This document shows positions 62,661 to 64,000 of a DNA stretch of 64,000 bases, one piece after another (within the stretch, counting starts at the first letter, position 1; each line of letters opens with the position of its first letter). This DNA is from Raillietiella orientalis (lineage: Eukaryota), in contig JAYWIR010000054.1 in assembly GCA_036172245.1 (NCBI GenBank), positions 372,001-436,000 on the forward strand, in the 5' to 3' direction. The notes under the pieces were generated by a model that was not told the DNA's origin, made no database searches, and saw nothing but the letters and a program-made list of their open reading frames with translations. A program made the translations under genes and the position numbers.

Positions 62661-64000
62661 GCAGCAGCCACTCTTCGTGGGCGTTGGGCCTGGACCCCCT
62701 TTCTCGGGAGCTCTGCTGCTTCTGCTGCGCTACACCTCTTCCACCTTGCCCTGTGGAAACAGTCGCTTGAGCATGATGCAAACCTCTGCCCATGACGCTC
62801 TCAAGCGTTAACTGGATGAGTTGGTCATCAAGCGGAAAAGAACCGCAAGGAGAAACCTTACACCATCCCCTCCCAGGGGCGGACTCCAGACTGAGGCAGG
62901 ACGTGGTCCTGCAAGGTGAAGACGAAAGAGCAATCACGCTTGCCGCACCTTACACTCCAGAGAGCTTACTCTCCTTCCCCCTTCCCCCTCCTTCCAAAGA
63001 GGGTATTAAGAAGGTTCTTGGCATGGGACGGAGGGTTGTTCCTTGAGGGTGAATTCGACGGCTCCCTTGTTACAACTGAACGGAAGCACAGAAGGGCTCC
63101 TTGATTCCCGAAAGGACTCCGGAAGGATCACATTGCAATCACGTCCACTCAACGAGGCCATTCAGGGTTTCCAGCTTTCATAGGTACCGCACCCAAAGCC
63201 TACGGATCAACCAGCGTCGTCCACGTAAGGATGGTGGACTGGACCTCCTTACGCTGGAGAGGATCGAGCGTCAGATTCAATCCCGAAGACTCGCAATGGC
63301 TTTCTAAGCTCTGGACTACGCCTTGGTGTGCTCCGGCAAGAATCCTCGCCAAGCCAGTAGCCGGTTGCCAGAAATTGACCTCGGTCGTCGTGGCCACCTA
63401 GCGAAGTTCAAGCCCTCTTGGCTCTCAACTTTGCCAAACCATCATCAAAATTCAGCAATTGCATGGATAGACTTCAGAGATGCTTCCACCTCTGTACCCC
63501 ATGAACTAATTTTCGAATCTCTGAATGCTTTTGGTGCCGGTAGCACCTTCTGCTCGCTGATGCGGGAGCTAGACAATAGATCCTCAACTCACCCTACCTG
63601 TCGTGAGGGTAGCACGAACCCTAGTCCTATAAACGCTGGTGTCCGACAAGGTTGTCCACTAAGTGGGCTCTTGTTCCATATCACGCTTGAACCGTTTATC
63701 CAGCTGATCCTTGACGACCATCCCAGCATACTCCCTCTCGCATATGCAGATGACGTAGTCCTAATCTCCAGCTCCCAAACAGAATTACAAACCGCTTTGA
63801 CAGCGTTTGCTAATACCACCCATGTTGCGGGTCTACAAATCAATCCTTCAAAATGTGGGTCCTACCATTGTTCGTCTTCTCCTCCTCAAGTACTCCCCAC
63901 TTTATTTTCTGTTTTCGATCCTTCTATCCCACGTCTAGCTCACCATGAAACTTACAAATACCGAGGAAAGCCTGTAGGATCCGATCCCACCTTCTACGAT
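62661..64000 (+). mobile_element. Mirror copy of the RLE-type retrotransposon RT region, running off the window
   Basis: Reverse complement of 16561-17900, includes LAYADDV. Confidence 0.88.

Larger units (their letters stand above)
49205..64000. repeat. Inverted duplication B, right arm; cut by the right window edge
   Basis: Reverse complement of 16561-31356; the inner end abuts the 3' end of the intact LINE. Confidence 0.98.

Noticed and set aside
1..64000. tRNA, rRNA or U2 snRNA target sequence near the RLE element
   Set aside because: None recognised; the element's tail adjoins an L1-like fragment instead.

Overview
Eukaryotic (probably invertebrate) nuclear DNA, not a prokaryotic locus; most listed ORFs are spurious. 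The window is built from two interleaved large inverted duplications: 1-6114 / 31770-37475, and 16561-31356 / 49205-64000, each cut by a window edge. They carry an amplified family of about 12 divergent genes and pseudogenes that encode a long Pro/Ser-rich N-terminus fused to a C-terminal Barrier-to-Autointegration-Factor (BAF)-like domain. All five subtypes share a tiny first exon, a 49-nt phase-2 intron and related flanks. Four copies look intact once spliced. Interspersed are one L1/Tx1-type non-LTR retrotransposon with an intact ORF2, several decayed relatives, a decayed RLE-type (NeSL/Utopia-like) element, and a ~215-bp AT-rich chimeric bacterial insert (threonine aldolase plus bioY fragments, Wolbachia-like). 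Family assignments come from motifs recognised by eye, not from database searches.
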